Under the pieces are notes generated by a model. That model saw only the letters and a program-made list of their open reading frames with translations, ran no database searches and had not been told where the DNA came from. DNA of 64,000 bases, from NCBI GenBank assembly GCA_030141605.1, contig JAQGDQ010000105.1, positions 124,001 through 188,000 on the forward strand. Direction: 5' to 3'. The stretch is from Tubiluchus corallicola. Lineage: Eukaryota; Animalia; Priapulida. Below, one piece after another: positions 1-14,600 of the stretch. The position numbers and the translations under genes are program-made. Position 1 is the stretch's first letter, and every line of letters starts with the position of its first letter.

Positions 1-1099
1 GGACTATTTATATGAGGATTTACTAACAGATGTTAAAATAACTAAGCAGGTGTTCCCACGTACAAGTTGTCAAAACTTGTCAAAACACGAATCGTATAAT
101 AAACTTATATTTAAAATAAAATACATAACCAGCGGAAGGACATCATCCCTAGGTAATAGCAATGTTACTAAAGTTTGCACATTTTTTACAAATACGCGCA
201 AGCAAAATGTAGGTGCGTGCGTGTACAGCAAGCGAGAAACCCATGCTTCGCATTTCGGACTAGTTTTTAATAGTATTCGTTTAGTGTTGCTTAAATATAG
301 GTCTTTAGCTGTTTGCTCTAACTTAGCGTAACTATAAAATTCACCACTAGATGGCGAAGGACGGTTAAATGCTCAGTAGCTGTTAAACCGTAACTGCATA
401 ATGCCTAGAACAAATAATAGCTCGACTGATGAGTTACTATAGAATAACTTAAATTGTGCCAATGATATGCAACGAAGCAATGTTATGACCCAGCTTTGAA
501 AATCTATTATTAAATTAATCCCTGAAAATTAAAAAAAAGTGATCCTTAAAACTGTAAAAACCTGGGATAAATATTTTTATATTAAGCTGTAATACGAATC
601 GCCCGGTAATTTTAGATACGCGTCACCCATAATTAGTATGCCGAAAAATAAGATTTTTAGCGACGTGCGTAAGTAATGTACACGTTGGCATACTGTAGAC
701 CTACAAGAATATTGAAAAACTCAAGAACTACACTCATTATGAGAAAATCTTGTGCTGTCAACGTTTACATAATAGCATAATTACTTTTAATTAGCCAGAA
801 TCAAATGTCAAAACATTAACAATGAGCCTAAACTTTGCCGGTTACCATAACCCAACCTGTCTATATAGCTCTCGTTATGAATTTCTATAATTTTTACAAG
901 TTACATTTTTGAGTATTAATGGCTCACTGCACTATACTTGGTAAATCGTACAAGACTAGCGATGAAGCACTTATGTTAATATGATTACGTAATTTTTGTT
1001 ACCCTAGACCGAGAGATTTGCATTCGATTATTAACATGGAAAAAAGGGTTTAACGATCGGATCTAACTGTGTGAAACTGTGATTATTGTGAACTTCCCC

Positions 1100-1576
1100 G
1101 TCACTGCCAGCTTTGCGGCCGTAGCGTGGGAAAAGGGCGGCGTAATACAAGGTGTGCATACCAAATAAATTGTTACCTTTACGCTTGTATCTAAACCAAG
1201 GTAGCAAATAGTTTGTTTCGTCACACCAATAATTGTTGTAATTTTCGTGTTTTTACTTTTCAATTGCAATTGGGGAAACAGTGAAAAATCATTAAATTTT
1301 TGGGCACTATTTTCTTGCCTCGGATAAATAGATGTGCTGTGAAGAAAATCGGCTAGTACAGGCGATAAGTCGGCTTTTGGCGCTGGCGATTTTGGTTGTG
1401 TTTTGTGTGGTTAATATTTTGATGTTTCCCGTGGAACTTGTCGTGGCAGGTTATTAGTTTGTTATTTATTTTCCACTTATTCCTAACTACACGTTTGAAT
1501 TAAGACACTGGGTGTTGTGAATTTATCCATTCTACTTTTAATTAATAGTTTGTGCTTCATTAAACAAAGCCGACAG
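1100..1576 (+). other. lgl: Putative promoter and non-coding first exon of lgl (start approximate)
   Basis: CpG-richer stretch ending in donor CAG|GTGAGC at 1576/1577; matching acceptor ttttagttacag at 2476/2482, upstream of the ATG. Confidence 0.55.
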
Positions 1577-2534
1577 GTGAGCTATTTAGGTTAGCGTCCC
1601 GGGGCACCGGTAAAACGAGTTACGCTGGGCAGCATCGTAGCTATCTATGCCGGCATTCATTGAATAATATAGTGTTCTGTAATATGCGCCAGTAGTTGTT
1701 TACACTGTTTTATAATACTGATATTGTAGTTAAAGGAGTACCTTATCCAAGAATATCTGGTCCGAACTGAAATCTATCATAAATTTTTACCTCTGTAATA
1801 CACTGCATAATCGTTTTCATTTTCTAATTTGAATTCAACATTGTCTTTATCGTTGCAGTTGTTATTTTGCTTAGATAGCTTGGGAAGGCCAAACTTTTTT
1901 AGTGCAGTGTAGCTTACAGAATTAGCAAAATCAGATAACTGAAATAAGAACTTTTTGGTGTAGTTAGTCAACAGTTTTAGAAAACTTTCATTCTCTGTTT
2001 TGTTGCAAATTTCCTTTTCCTTAAGTCAGTTTTTGTATATGTTTCTCATATGTATTTAACGTTGGTCTGCAAGACAGAGACTTAAAGTTTATACCTACTT
2101 AATGAAACCGTTCTATATGATAAAATGTAGGTACCTCTCAGAGTAATAAAAAAATAAAGTCTTGACCATGTATTTGCACAATACAGCATTTTATAGACCC
2201 TAAATTTTGCAGTTAGTTATTTAGTAGTTTGCAGTTTAGTAACAAACTTATTTAAATATACTTTAATATACTTTAGGTCTGTTTTGTAAAATTTTCATAA
2301 AACCATTTAACTGTAACTGCAATACAAATTTAAAGCACCCAGTTATTTGGCTAGTAAAAGGTGTTGCCTCAGAGAAGTGGTATAGCCAATATGCTTTGTA
2401 AAACTTATTTAACTGAATGCTTTGCCTTTAGTACGGCACCTATTTTAGCCTTGTGATAATTTTGTTTTTATTTTAGTTACAGTTGGACAACTTGTTGAAC
2501 ATTTTGGATTAGCATTCACATGATCAGCTAGACT

Positions 2535-2669
2535 ATGGATGGAATAGTGAAATTCATTCGATCACATACGTTGCCGACATTGCAGAATCTTCCACATATT
2601 CCTGGTCTTCCCTATCATGAGAGTGAAGCCCGCCAAAAACTTCAAAAAGAGCTATTTGATTTCAAAAAG
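2535..2669 (+). CDS. lgl: Lgl coding exon 1
   Basis: [14 protein letters not shown]...[15 protein letters not shown]; donor AAG|gtaaat, phase 0. Confidence 0.9.
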
Positions 2670-5600
2670 GTAAATTGGCAAAGAATGGCGGAGTCATTCT
2701 TTCATTAAACCCTTTTGTCCTTGTTTGGGTTTTTGTATAGATGCATTTGCACTGAGATAATTGTTGTAAAAAAATGAAAAAGTGATCATGTGTTTTTACA
2801 AATGACCGAACACTGTCTTTGTCCTTGAAAGCTGAAAAACCACAGAAGGTTCCTAACCAAAAGACCGAACAAATGAAAATCGGTGTCTTGAAACCAACTC
2901 TTCAAGTATGGGAGACGGTAAGTCTGGAAGTCGCATATGGTCTGGACAGTTAGTTGACTGCTTTGTGCTTGTCAATTTCAGCATTGTTCAGCATTGCAGA
3001 GATTAGCTGAATTTGAAACTGAAATATCCAGTTTCTTAAAGAAAGTGCTGGTGTCTTACCCTAGATTAGAATTTATTTGATAGCTATGCAAACACATTCT
3101 GAAAGGGAACATGATTTGCATGTTGGTGTGAAAGTGAGCCTTAACATACGGGTTGCAAAAAACTGTGATTTGCACTTGGTATTAATATTAACTGGCCATT
3201 GAGAAAGTAAATACACTAGCAAACTGAAAATGTGAGTCTAGTTGGAGTTACTAAAATGAGGAGAAAATGGGAGATAATCAACAACCCATGGAACTGCAAA
3301 ACATAATATAAGTCATGCTGTTGGGTGACTATGCTACTGTATACACAGTTGTTTTGCTTATGAAGAGAACTGTAGCAGTTATTCATTGCAAAGATGTGCG
3401 AAAAGAAAGCCTAGTAGTGTCATATCAACTCTGCAAATTATATATGTGTCAGTTATCAGTATCATTGATTAGATTATGACTGTGAATGCCAGAAGTTAAC
3501 AAACTGATGGGTTTGTTTCTCATCAACTGTTGACCCGTCTATTATCCCCTCAGCTCATTAGCTACAGGGTTAATAATTGTTATGAAATAAACCACAATGG
3601 TTTATTAGCTTTTGGCATTCGCAATCATAATGTAATTGCAGACCTCAGCAGACTTTGAAGCTTTTTAATGCATTATTACGATCACACTGAGAATTCATAG
3701 TTATTTTTACATAAAAAAGCTTATAAATTAAATAACTTACCTTTTTCTGGCGAGTATTGAATGCTTGCATTACCATACAGATCGCCATGTTCCGCATCTT
3801 TGCCACAAGTGAGTGAGAATGACGTACGTAGTGCAGAAAGCATCTTTGGTTACCGATGTTTATTTTCAAAACTTGGCGCATTTACCCGCATATTACAGAA
3901 AGGTGACTTAATGACTGCACTCATTACGTCACTCGTCTCACGCAACATTAACTGGCTGTTCTTCAAATTTAATACCGCTAACAAGAAAGTGGTAAAAAAA
4001 CAAAAGAAACAAGTTTTACAATACGTATATAATAAAACGAATTGAGTATTCCTAATAGGAGTAAGATTTTAGGTTGTAACGGCTTATATTATAGGGAGGG
4101 ATTAATTTGACTTTTAATTAATGAGAAAGCATACTGTTATAAACTTTTAAATGTCTAAAACAAGAAACGTTTCTGTTCTAAGGTTCTCGTTGTAACTTGT
4201 AGTTTTGTATGTTACAAAGACTGCTTGACAAGGAATTTCCTATATTTCACTACACCAAATATAATAATAATGCCAGTTCTACAGGCTTTGTGTGATAATG
4301 TAAAAAAACATTTCACACAAGAGAGTAATTAAAAAAACTTGTGGTTGTGCCTTCACATAAATGGTTTGCAGACTCAGCTCATAGTCTGATTGCCACTGAA
4401 GTGTTATTGTTGTTTTATTTCACCTCTGATTACAAGCATATATTATTCTCTTTTCTGGGGATGAGCTGCTGAGGTCCGAGACTGTTGAAGGAAAACAGAG
4501 ATAGACTTATTGAAATAACTAAAAATGCTGACTGATGACTAGTGACTAATCTCTAATGTGGGCGGCACTAATCAGGAGCTACATTAGAATGCACCAGTAA
4601 AGAAAAAGGAAATGCTGTGGGAAGGTCTTGAGAAAAAACTGCAAAGGCAAGTGATGCAGCTGTAAGCACTCAAATCAACATCACTTGACCTATTATTGTC
4701 CTGAACCAATACTGGAACTGAGTAAGTGCCTATTTCAGTACTGGTATGAGAAGCATTGCTTCTGGCCAAAATTAGCAAATACTGCTGTTAACTATCTCAC
4801 AATCTCAACTGCTTCAGGCTGCTACCATATTATTTGCTGTGCACAGCTTAACAGATTAATGTATCAGAGAATGAAAGAGGCTCACTGACGGTCACATACA
4901 ATACTTTCTGGTCATTGACCATAATTTTTTATGTGGCCCATTGTTAAAATGAAAAAAAAAATGGAATTTATTAGTTTTAATATCACTTATTAAATTCTTT
5001 TAATTTATTATGTGGCCCATTGTTAAAATGAAAAAAAATGAAATTTATTAATTTTAATATCACTTATTAAATTTATGGAAGAAGTTATTATTAATCGATA
5101 ACTTTTATATTCAGATGCAGCAAACTATACTTGGCATGTCTCTAACACTTCCCGATACTACCAACACGTTATCACCTCATCGCGAAAGAATTGTCAAATG
5201 GTGACATAATTTAAGAAAATTATGAATTTGTGTTCTTTGGGATTTCAAATCTACTATTTCAAATCATGGACTTTTGCCCCTATGTTTTTTCAATTATTAT
5301 GTACCAGTATTTTTCATTTTACTATTAATTTTTTATGTTTTATTTAGCTTCTCTCGGCTGCTCCGCCGGTCTAACGGCTAACTAGCGGCCAAACCGGCTA
5401 GACAATATTGATTTGAGCGTTTTCCAGTTTGCAGTACAGCTAAGCGTGTTATAAAACCCATTGGAAGGCACGGCTTGAAACGCTGGTTAACACGATTGCT
5501 TAATGTTTATAACTCTATGCTGTTTTCTCAAAGTTTTCTAAGGCAGCACTCATAGCGATAATATGATCGAGTTATATAAACGTTCTGTCACTGCTGTTAC

Positions 5601-8600
5601 ATCAGAGCTCCACTTTCACGAACCTGTTTAAGATACTGGTTGTCTCTCATGGTTTATTCATATCATGCTGGTTGCTTGGACACGAACTAGGACTTTGGTG
5701 CTGTGCACCCAGCAGTACTGTCTGACCGTCGTACCATGTCTGGTTGCCTGGATACAAACTAGGACTTTGGTGCTGTGCATCCACTCCCAGTAATAATTGT
5801 CTGACTAATGTTAGACCTGCAATTTTATAGCTGTAATCATAAAAAACAACTTTTAAATGGTTCCTCGTTGTTTGTGAAACTAGTCTAATTCTCATAAGAA
5901 ATGAATATATATGCATTTCAAATTATTTGCTTTGGAAGAGTTAGTTTTGATAGCTTTCTAACAATAGAAGCACAAGTATATAGCCAGTCGCCATGATTTT
6001 GTGATTATACTGATTTGGTCTGGCTAGATCAGTAATCTCCTACTGGGCCAGACTGGGTGTTTGAACGTGCCGAGTTGAATGCACTTGCGTAGAGGCATTC
6101 TACAGCAGTCACCACGCAATGACTCACGACTGCCTTAGCATAAAGGAAATAGTATGACTCATCCAGTAAACATTTATCACTCTACCACGTATGGAATTAT
6201 TATTATTAGGAAGGTTGTGTAAACGTCTGTACCCGTGTGACATAACCATTCGAATTAATGTCCTGTCAGTTGACACCCGGTGGGACAATCAGGTTGAGTA
6301 ATCTGGCTCTCCAGATCAATAATACGCGTGCTTAACAGCTATTCACTGATGCTATTATTACACAAATGTACTTGGCAGATACTAGATAATAGGGTCTGTG
6401 CAATCTTCCACCCAATATAATCTGAGACATGTGTTGTGACTTGCGACGTACAGTTCGTCAGCCCGAATGTAAACAATATTAGGCTTGGGTGTAACATTAA
6501 ATCTAGCACTGTATTTCACAATTTAGAACTCTTATATTAGACCCAAAGGATCTTTAACGCGTTATAATTTTATTTTGCTTGAAGTGTCCATTTCAGATAT
6601 TGTAATTGAGCTACTTCCAATTCTTAAAATTTAGCTTCTCATTGAGCTTCTTTGTATCAGTTATGATCAGAACTCGCTCTACACATTTATCTGGGAAGGA
6701 GGGTATTTGAACCAGTTTCTTATCTCTGACTCTCCTAGGTTCTCTAACACCCTTGGGGGTGTGTTCAATTCACTCTTTTGAAGGGAGTTATCGACATGGT
6801 TTTGGAGACAATACTAGGATCACTTTCTAATGACACTTGTTATGCATAGAGCCACTTACTTTTGAGGAAAATGTCCAATTTAAGGTAGTTTGTCTTCAGT
6901 TTTTACGAATTTAGGTGCCGCCTTGGCCTCCGCGTCCCAGTTTGCCGTCTGTCCTTCATATACGTCAAATTTTCCCGTATGCAGAGTTCAGCCAGTTGTG
7001 TCATATGGCCTATTTAATAATGCACATATGCATTAACCGGTGGTCCCCTATCCATCCTCTGACAGGTCGTCCTTTAATCACTTAAAATATGTCAGGTGGT
7101 CTTTTATCCATAGTGGGCATTTGACCTTAGTCCTTTGACTTGTGATCCCTTGTCTGGTAGCCTTTTGACCGCCACCATTTCATATACATGTATGTGCATT
7201 GTCTTCAGTCTAATTTCAGTCTTCAGTCTATACAATTGCTTTTATTTTTTATGTAATTGTATGTATTTATCTATGTGTGACACTAATATTTGATGGTTTA
7301 ATTATTGATGTATTGAGCCTGAAAATAGAGGCGTAATAAAATATTTATCATCATCATCATGTCTAATTTGTCGCCTGTGATGTAAATTTCAGCGGTTAAA
7401 AACGTTAGTGTTTGGCTGTCATCCCTCGGTCATCGCAGTATATGTAATTCTGTTCTATAATTGAAAAAAAATCTGGCTGCTGTTGCGTTATGTTTATATA
7501 ATATATAATTATAAGTTCCATATACCTAAGCCAGGACATTGTTGAAATTGCTTTTCTAGTGTTAACCTTACGGACGCCTGCTGCACTACGATTCTTGAAA
7601 AAAATCCCTGTTATATACTAGTATAAGAGCTAAATTCCTATCATGACCTTGTTCATATTTTGTGACCTAGAGATATCTTCTGAGAACTCTGCCAATACAG
7701 TCCACCCTAATGACATACGGCCTGTGTCTTTTTTCTGAAGCGCGGAGCTTTAACGACGACCTAGAAGCAAGCATTTGGTTCGTTGAAAAACTAGTAAGAG
7801 ATTAGCGAGCGCAGTGTCATCTCCACATGTTTTTAAAACGTATGCTCTTAACTGCGAATTTGATTTCGATTGGTTGGCTCTGGATATTCCATATTAATTT
7901 TAGAGTGGTTGTGTGCGTGCTTATGTATTATAGGTTTTACATAATACCCACCCACCCAGTATCTTCTATATGCTCGCAATATTCCATGCTTACCTGTAAT
8001 TATTGTGTGTAGTACTTAGACATCCTGTGGATCAAAGTTCTGGATATGTAAGTATTTTAAAGTTGTTGTTAATTGATCCGGCGACTAATTTTTACATAAA
8101 CATAGTTAAACAAAAAATGTAGTCAGTTAGAATAGCGGAATTTCTGAATGAACTACAGACGTTTTATTACGTGTGTCTTCGTGGTGTCCACCAGGTTACG
8201 TCGTTTTTTTCAAACACCCCCGCAGCGAGGTTCGTTTAGCGGGAGATGGGAATGGTTTAAATTTCTTTTGTATGTTTATGCTCGTATATTACGTGGTCAT
8301 TTCAAGATTTTTAAGTGTGTATTAAAATACAATAAATGTTGTTCGATGATTAGTTTTTCCTTCAAACATTTCCTAATGACAACAAATGACTTGTGATTTT
8401 CTTATTTTTAAAGTTCCGAAACTCGCGCAGCTACATGTTAATCATGCAATGATTCACATGTAGTAATTTGAATAAATATCAAACCTATGAAAAGCCAGCG
8501 AACACCATCCTTTTCAAAAATTTTCGAATTAATTTTATTACAAAAATGCTCATATCTATGTTCATGTTAAAAAAAACAGAAAACTCTATCCTCAAGTCTA

Positions 8601-11600
8601 TTTAATAAAAACAATCTTTTGTCTGTTAGTCTTGTACACAGCTTACAAATAGTGGTCCTTTGACTGGTGGGCCTCTGTCCACCCCCTAACAGTAACAGGT
8701 TGTCTTTTGACCATTTTAAAGTATTGAAGCTGGCCATTTGACAGGTAGTCTTTTGTCTGGTGCTCCTTTGACGCCCCCTCCCCACCTCACCATAGTGATA
8801 GACAATAAAATAATCGTCTTGTTAAATATTGCTAACATGCCCAAAATTGTTTTTGAACGGTTTACCCAAGGAGACATTCCTTTAGAATTAGCCATATCTC
8901 TGGGAGCTAAACATCTTCATTCAGAAGAGAACGTGAGAAATTCGCGTTTAGTAGTTTACAATGTTCAACGATCGTCATAACGCGAGCGTTGTTGTGAAAG
9001 TCAATATTGCAATGGCAGTCTGATGTGTAATCGTTTTATACGTATGTAACTGCCTGGTGTACTGTACGACATTTTATTGTTCATTTGAGGGTTGTTAACA
9101 TTGTATAAACAACTTGTTTTATTATGCTCAGCTTTCATGCTTACCATGGCGCTAGATAATAAATTCAGCATCTAGGTTATTTAGTATGTTTCATGTGGTA
9201 AATTAAATTGCATTACTAGGTTTTTTTCTTAAACCTTTTTCAGTTTTTTTTTCTGAAGATTTAAAGTAAAGCTTAGAAATTTTGCATTTCTTATTCGAAA
9301 GAGTGTCAGCTATGCCAAAAGAATGTAACAAAGTCCATAGGTCAGATATTAACCTTATTTATTTATTTTTATTTAGACTGTACGTCATGGATTTCCTTCC
9401 AAGCCCAGTGCCGTGGCTTACGATCCTGAGCTCAACATTTTGGCTATCGGAACCAAATCAGGACAGATCAGAATGTATCCTTTCGTAAATAAAATATTTT
9501 ATCATAATAAGTTCTAATGCTTATTATGTACAGTTTTAACAATTTTTGCACAAAAAAATGCACTGGATGAAGTGGACGAAATTTGACATTACAAATGCAC
9601 ATCAAGCACATTTATCAGATTAGTTAACATAGAAGCCAAGCATCAAGAAAATCGCAGTTTCAGTGGCTGGCCAGAAATGGCTAAATGCTTGTTTAAATTA
9701 ATAAAAAAATTAAGCAAATTTCACAAAAAATTGCGAACGCTGGCAACATTCCAAGGTACTTCGCAAACTGGCGTAATAGTAAGAAACATCTTATTAGAAA
9801 TAAACAGTTTATTAGCATACTTTTGATTTTTATTGAGTAAAACTGTGGAAATGAATTTTTGGTTTAGTATGAAACAGTGGCAAATGTGAATACATGTTCA
9901 AGCTCGTTATTCGTATTATAACATTACTGTACGTTCTGTAACGTCCGTAGAACTTACCTCAATGGTAGTGGAAGTTACAGTGCACTTCGGTCTGTTTTTC
10001 TTGGCACTTGCAGTTCTTTGCTAAAGTTTGCTTCTATTTAGATGTGCGCGCTTTTATCTTGTAAGTGGGCTGTACAGGCTTACACATACTGACCAAGCAT
10101 AATACGTGTATTTGCTCACGTTGGTAAATACACGTCGATTTGGGTAAATAAGTACCGATTATCAATTCTTTTGCCAGGAACCTATTTCTTGACGAGCCGC
10201 ATACAGTCTGTTTTACAAAGGAAGTTGTTAAATCACCATCCATCGGTAGAGGTCCCCTGGGTAGGGCACTTGAACCTACTGATTTTCTAACCCATAACTA
10301 CTGAGTGAACACATCAGTTGAGGAATTGCGATATTAATTGATACATAGTGGTAGAGTCGATATGTGGGACCGGTAAAAGATTAGTGCTCACGGCACTATC
10401 TAGCTTCCGGCGAAGACTGTGACCTATATTTCTGATATAGCTTTCACATTCCTAACTTTTGCAATTAGGGGCTGACGGTGTAAGAGGTGCGATAGTGAAA
10501 CTATTTGACATTAGGCGAGGGTCTCTTGAGTAACCGCCCGTCTTGTCTTTACCTCCATGTCCAAAATGTAAATGCACTGCTTGCTCCATTTCAGCTAAGT
10601 ACTGTAAAGCCAGTTCCATTGATCGCTTCAACCTCTTTAATTCTAATTACATGTAATAGATTAAATGTCGTGGTTTCGTAAAATTTTCGGAAAGGCTATT
10701 TATAATCTGTTTTAAAGTGCTTTTTCATATGCAACATCAACTGCTTTGCGTGTCATAGTTTTCGTCTGGCTCAACTCTTCGCGTGCTCTAATATTTTCTA
10801 ACTAATAAAATGGGTGGCTTCTCAGAATATATCATTCTAGTACACGAGTCTGCTGTATCAGTATCCAGACAGTACGGTGCTCGCTGCAAGTCATCCAGGG
10901 TTTCTCGGTATAACGTATTGATTGCCGTGTTTTCTTCTGCAGCAGTTTTAGGGCCTGTCTGTCGATATAAATTAGGCAGCCTGCTGCTAGTGCTTTTTCT
11001 TCCCGTGACATAAAACCGATACCTTTCTCCATAAATTCTCGGTAAAAGTTCTAGTGGTCGAATGATGGTATTCGCATGCATGGCAGAGGACTGAAGGGCG
11101 TTGGCGAGCTGGCCAGGGAGTTTGGCTTCATAGAATAGGGTTAACACTGTTATCGTAATAATGGATTTTGCCTTATTGTGGGAATAGTAACGCAAACATT
11201 CTGTACCTCTAGTTTTTACACTTTAATCCTGAAATTCATTATCACGTCTTGGTCTGCTTTTGCAAACTTTAAAACCATAAAAAGGTCCTAAATTCATCTT
11301 GTCAATTTAGTATGCTACGGGACTGCTAGCAATTAAGTTTGAGAAAGTGACACACATCTAGTTGGCATCACGTAGGTGCAATAGCTACATGTTTAGAAAC
11401 TACTACTGTTTTCTACTACTGTATGGATGACAGGCAGTGATCTGTAGGAGGATTTAGTTCCTTGCTGTTATCATGGCACACAGCGTTGCTGGGTCTGCCG
11501 ACCTATGAACAAGATTCAGAGCCGCTGATATCACTATGCCACACCACGATACCCATTCAAGTAATTCACTTTATTCTAGCAACTTTAGTTGATTCACTCA

Positions 11601-14600
11601 AACATATATAATTACAATTCAGCAATGTGCAAATTTATAACAGTTGTCTAGAAAGTATATGGTACAGTAGCATAAAAAAGTAATTCATTTTAAGCACATT
11701 CCAGTTTGCTTTGCCAGTTGGTCAAGTTAGTTGTTTTACATATTACGTTTCTCTGATTAAGCATGAGTTTTTTATATACTCACATTTGTCTGATTAATTC
11801 ATATGCTTGGGATTTGCCTGCGAAATAAATTAGAAATTAATTAAAAACAAAAAAAATCATTTGTAAGTGACAGTTTAATGAGGCAGTCTTGTGTTATTGT
11901 TTCTAATTCTATATGTTTTCGTGCACGATATTAATAAGAATTAAACACAATACAGCCTTTGTCATTGTGGTCATGTTAGTTTATACTGTTCATTTTGGTT
12001 ACTGTGCTGTACCCTTTTTTGATCATTTGATGTCATGCAAGCATGCGACCGATCCAGAATTTCACAGCCTCCTAACTTTCTTGTGTTTCTTTACTTTTCA
12101 TAAGAAAGAATAGTTCCTCAACTGGATAGCAAGGCATAAACGCTTCAGATCCCGCGTCATGCTTTGTGAGTGAGTCTTAGTAGTTTATTTTCCATTTACC
12201 TGCTGCTCCTCACTCTTTCCAACGTTTAACGTATTTTGAATTTGAAAGGCAAATGCCCATTAAAGCTGTTTACTATAAATAAACCAACTTTACTCGCTTA
12301 GTACAAGGTTTGCCAAAGTTTATATTCTAAACAGTGCACGTAATGTTAATTCAGCATTAGAAATTGTTAGGAACCTTGGACTTGGTCCAATAACAATGTA
12401 CCTGAGCAAATACAGGTATAGCCAACAATAACCAACCTACAATAGACAACGTTTCTCCAGAGAGGGAGAGAGAGGCCCAGACTATTGATTGACCAAGGCT
12501 ACTGAACTCGAGAAGTGCTTCAGTTCAGAGAAGTAATGGATTGTTGTAGACGGCCGGCTTGCATGTTTTTAATGCCGGACGTAACTACTTGATAAACTGG
12601 TTAAATTGCAAGTTGCGAGTGAATGCTTCTGTGGATATTATTGTGTGGCGCTTCTTTCCAGCATAATATAGTAATAGAAAACAACGACAATTACATTTTT
12701 ATAGCTTCAACAGCACTTTAATTTCTCGTTGTGGAATTTCAAATTGGTTTTGGGCAAACTTGTTTAGTTTGCACGTTAGTTTGCTTAGTTAGTTAGTACT
12801 ATTTAATTGTAGTTATCGATTTTTTAACCTAGTTGTACTCTATTCTACTGTAGCTTCACTGTACAGCTTATAGCAAGGCGTTTAAAACTATTAGAATTTT
12901 CTAATACCAGCCTTCTAATGTAGATGTTTTTGGTCATTCTACCGAAACATAAAACCTTTGCAAGACAAAATTGCGCTGCTCTTGTTTAAATAATTGGCTG
13001 ATGAAGTCATATGTATGATGAGCAAAACATATGAAGTCACAGTAGCATTAAATTTTTAGTCTTTTATAAGTTTTATTTCTAAGCATTGCGAAATGTGAGT
13101 TTTGTATTTGAGGCATGGTTAATCCCATTTTGTTTTGCGTCAGTTCCCATCTCCAATACTAAATTCGGCACGTAACGCTAGTGTTGTTTAGCTGTGTCGC
13201 ACATCATCCACTTCAACGGCCAACGTGGCAGGCGTTCATGTCTGTTTGAGTTACCCTTTGTCGCTTTGAGCAGTCCTTTAGAGTGGCTTATAATTAAATT
13301 GTCTGTAATTACGGCGTATCCCATAATCTTTTTCACCAATACAGCTGTATGATAATGAACTTCTCTGTGTAGCCAAATGTTAAAAACGCTCAACATTCGC
13401 TGAAAAGCCCGCGCGTTTAAATCGATCTCGCGACACTCGCACAATATTTACGTTTCCATGTGTTCTGTTCAATGCTTTGCACTTTTCGGTAATATATTAT
13501 TTTGGCGTCCATGTCAGTTATTCATAATCTTTGTGTACACATGATTCTGACACACGCTACTTGAGGCATTTGTGTAATCCGCGCTAGGAAAATGGTTGCT
13601 ACTCAAACTAATTTTCTACAGCAATTTTAACATCAGTCACTTTTTTCACTAGCACAGGCCACAGTAATAAGCTGAAGAATCAATCAATCGAACATAAATA
13701 ACTGTGCTAGTGTTGTTTCTTAAACTTCTTTATATTTTTTTAGAAAGTGAACTCTTATTTTAATATTATCAAATTAAAATATATAATTTATGCCATCTGC
13801 TTGCACTATACCAGAGATTTTATTTTCTGCTACGCTTAATCGAGATGGAAGAGTATACACAAAAACGTGTCCTGCGCATAGTGTGGCGCCGCCCTGCAGC
13901 CACTATAGGTAGCTAGGTTTACACACGTATGACGTAACATTTAAAAAGGTACTTTTAGCCATTTAAACCTGCGATAAAAATTATCACAAATACTTTTCCA
14001 GTATGTAGAAGCTCTAGAAATAAATACTGATGCAGTGATTATAAGAGAAAATCGTCATACCATTTTCATCATTCATGTCTTACAGTACCGAGCTTTAAAT
14101 TAGGACGTTATATTAGGCCAGTTATACCCAATTACACTATGAAACTTGCGTACGGTCACTCAACAGAAATCTTTGCACTTATAAAATGTAATTTATGCAG
14201 TTGCTTTTGATCCGTGAGCACTAGCATCATGGATCTAGGAAAACCCATACCGTAGGAGAACTGATTTTTCATCATCTCATTATGCATCCAGTTTGCCACA
14301 TTTAATTCATTTTAACTCGCAAACGCAGAGTACTAGAGTCAGGAAACTTGCAGGGTAGATACTGTACCTGGGGTAGTGAGTAACATACAGACATTTTGAT
14401 GCCTGTATGTTACAGATACAAACACATTAATGCACAAAATATTTATTTATAAAATCCATTAATATTTAAAATAATCATTTTTACTACTTAAAATAATTTA
14501 TAAATTAAATGGCGGTTAACAAACACTTCATATGTTAGGTGGCGCATAAATTTTATGTGGACTACAACACATAAAAAGGTTAATTTTTTTAGAAACATGC

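Noticed and set aside
5666-5790. CRISPR-like repeat-spacer pattern
   Set aside because: Only two diverged copies, eukaryotic intron, no cas genes; an ordinary tandem duplication.
6150-6900. Coding-like, higher-GC intronic segment
   Set aside because: The part I translated has frequent stops and no recognisable motif; possibly old transposon debris, but I cannot support a call.
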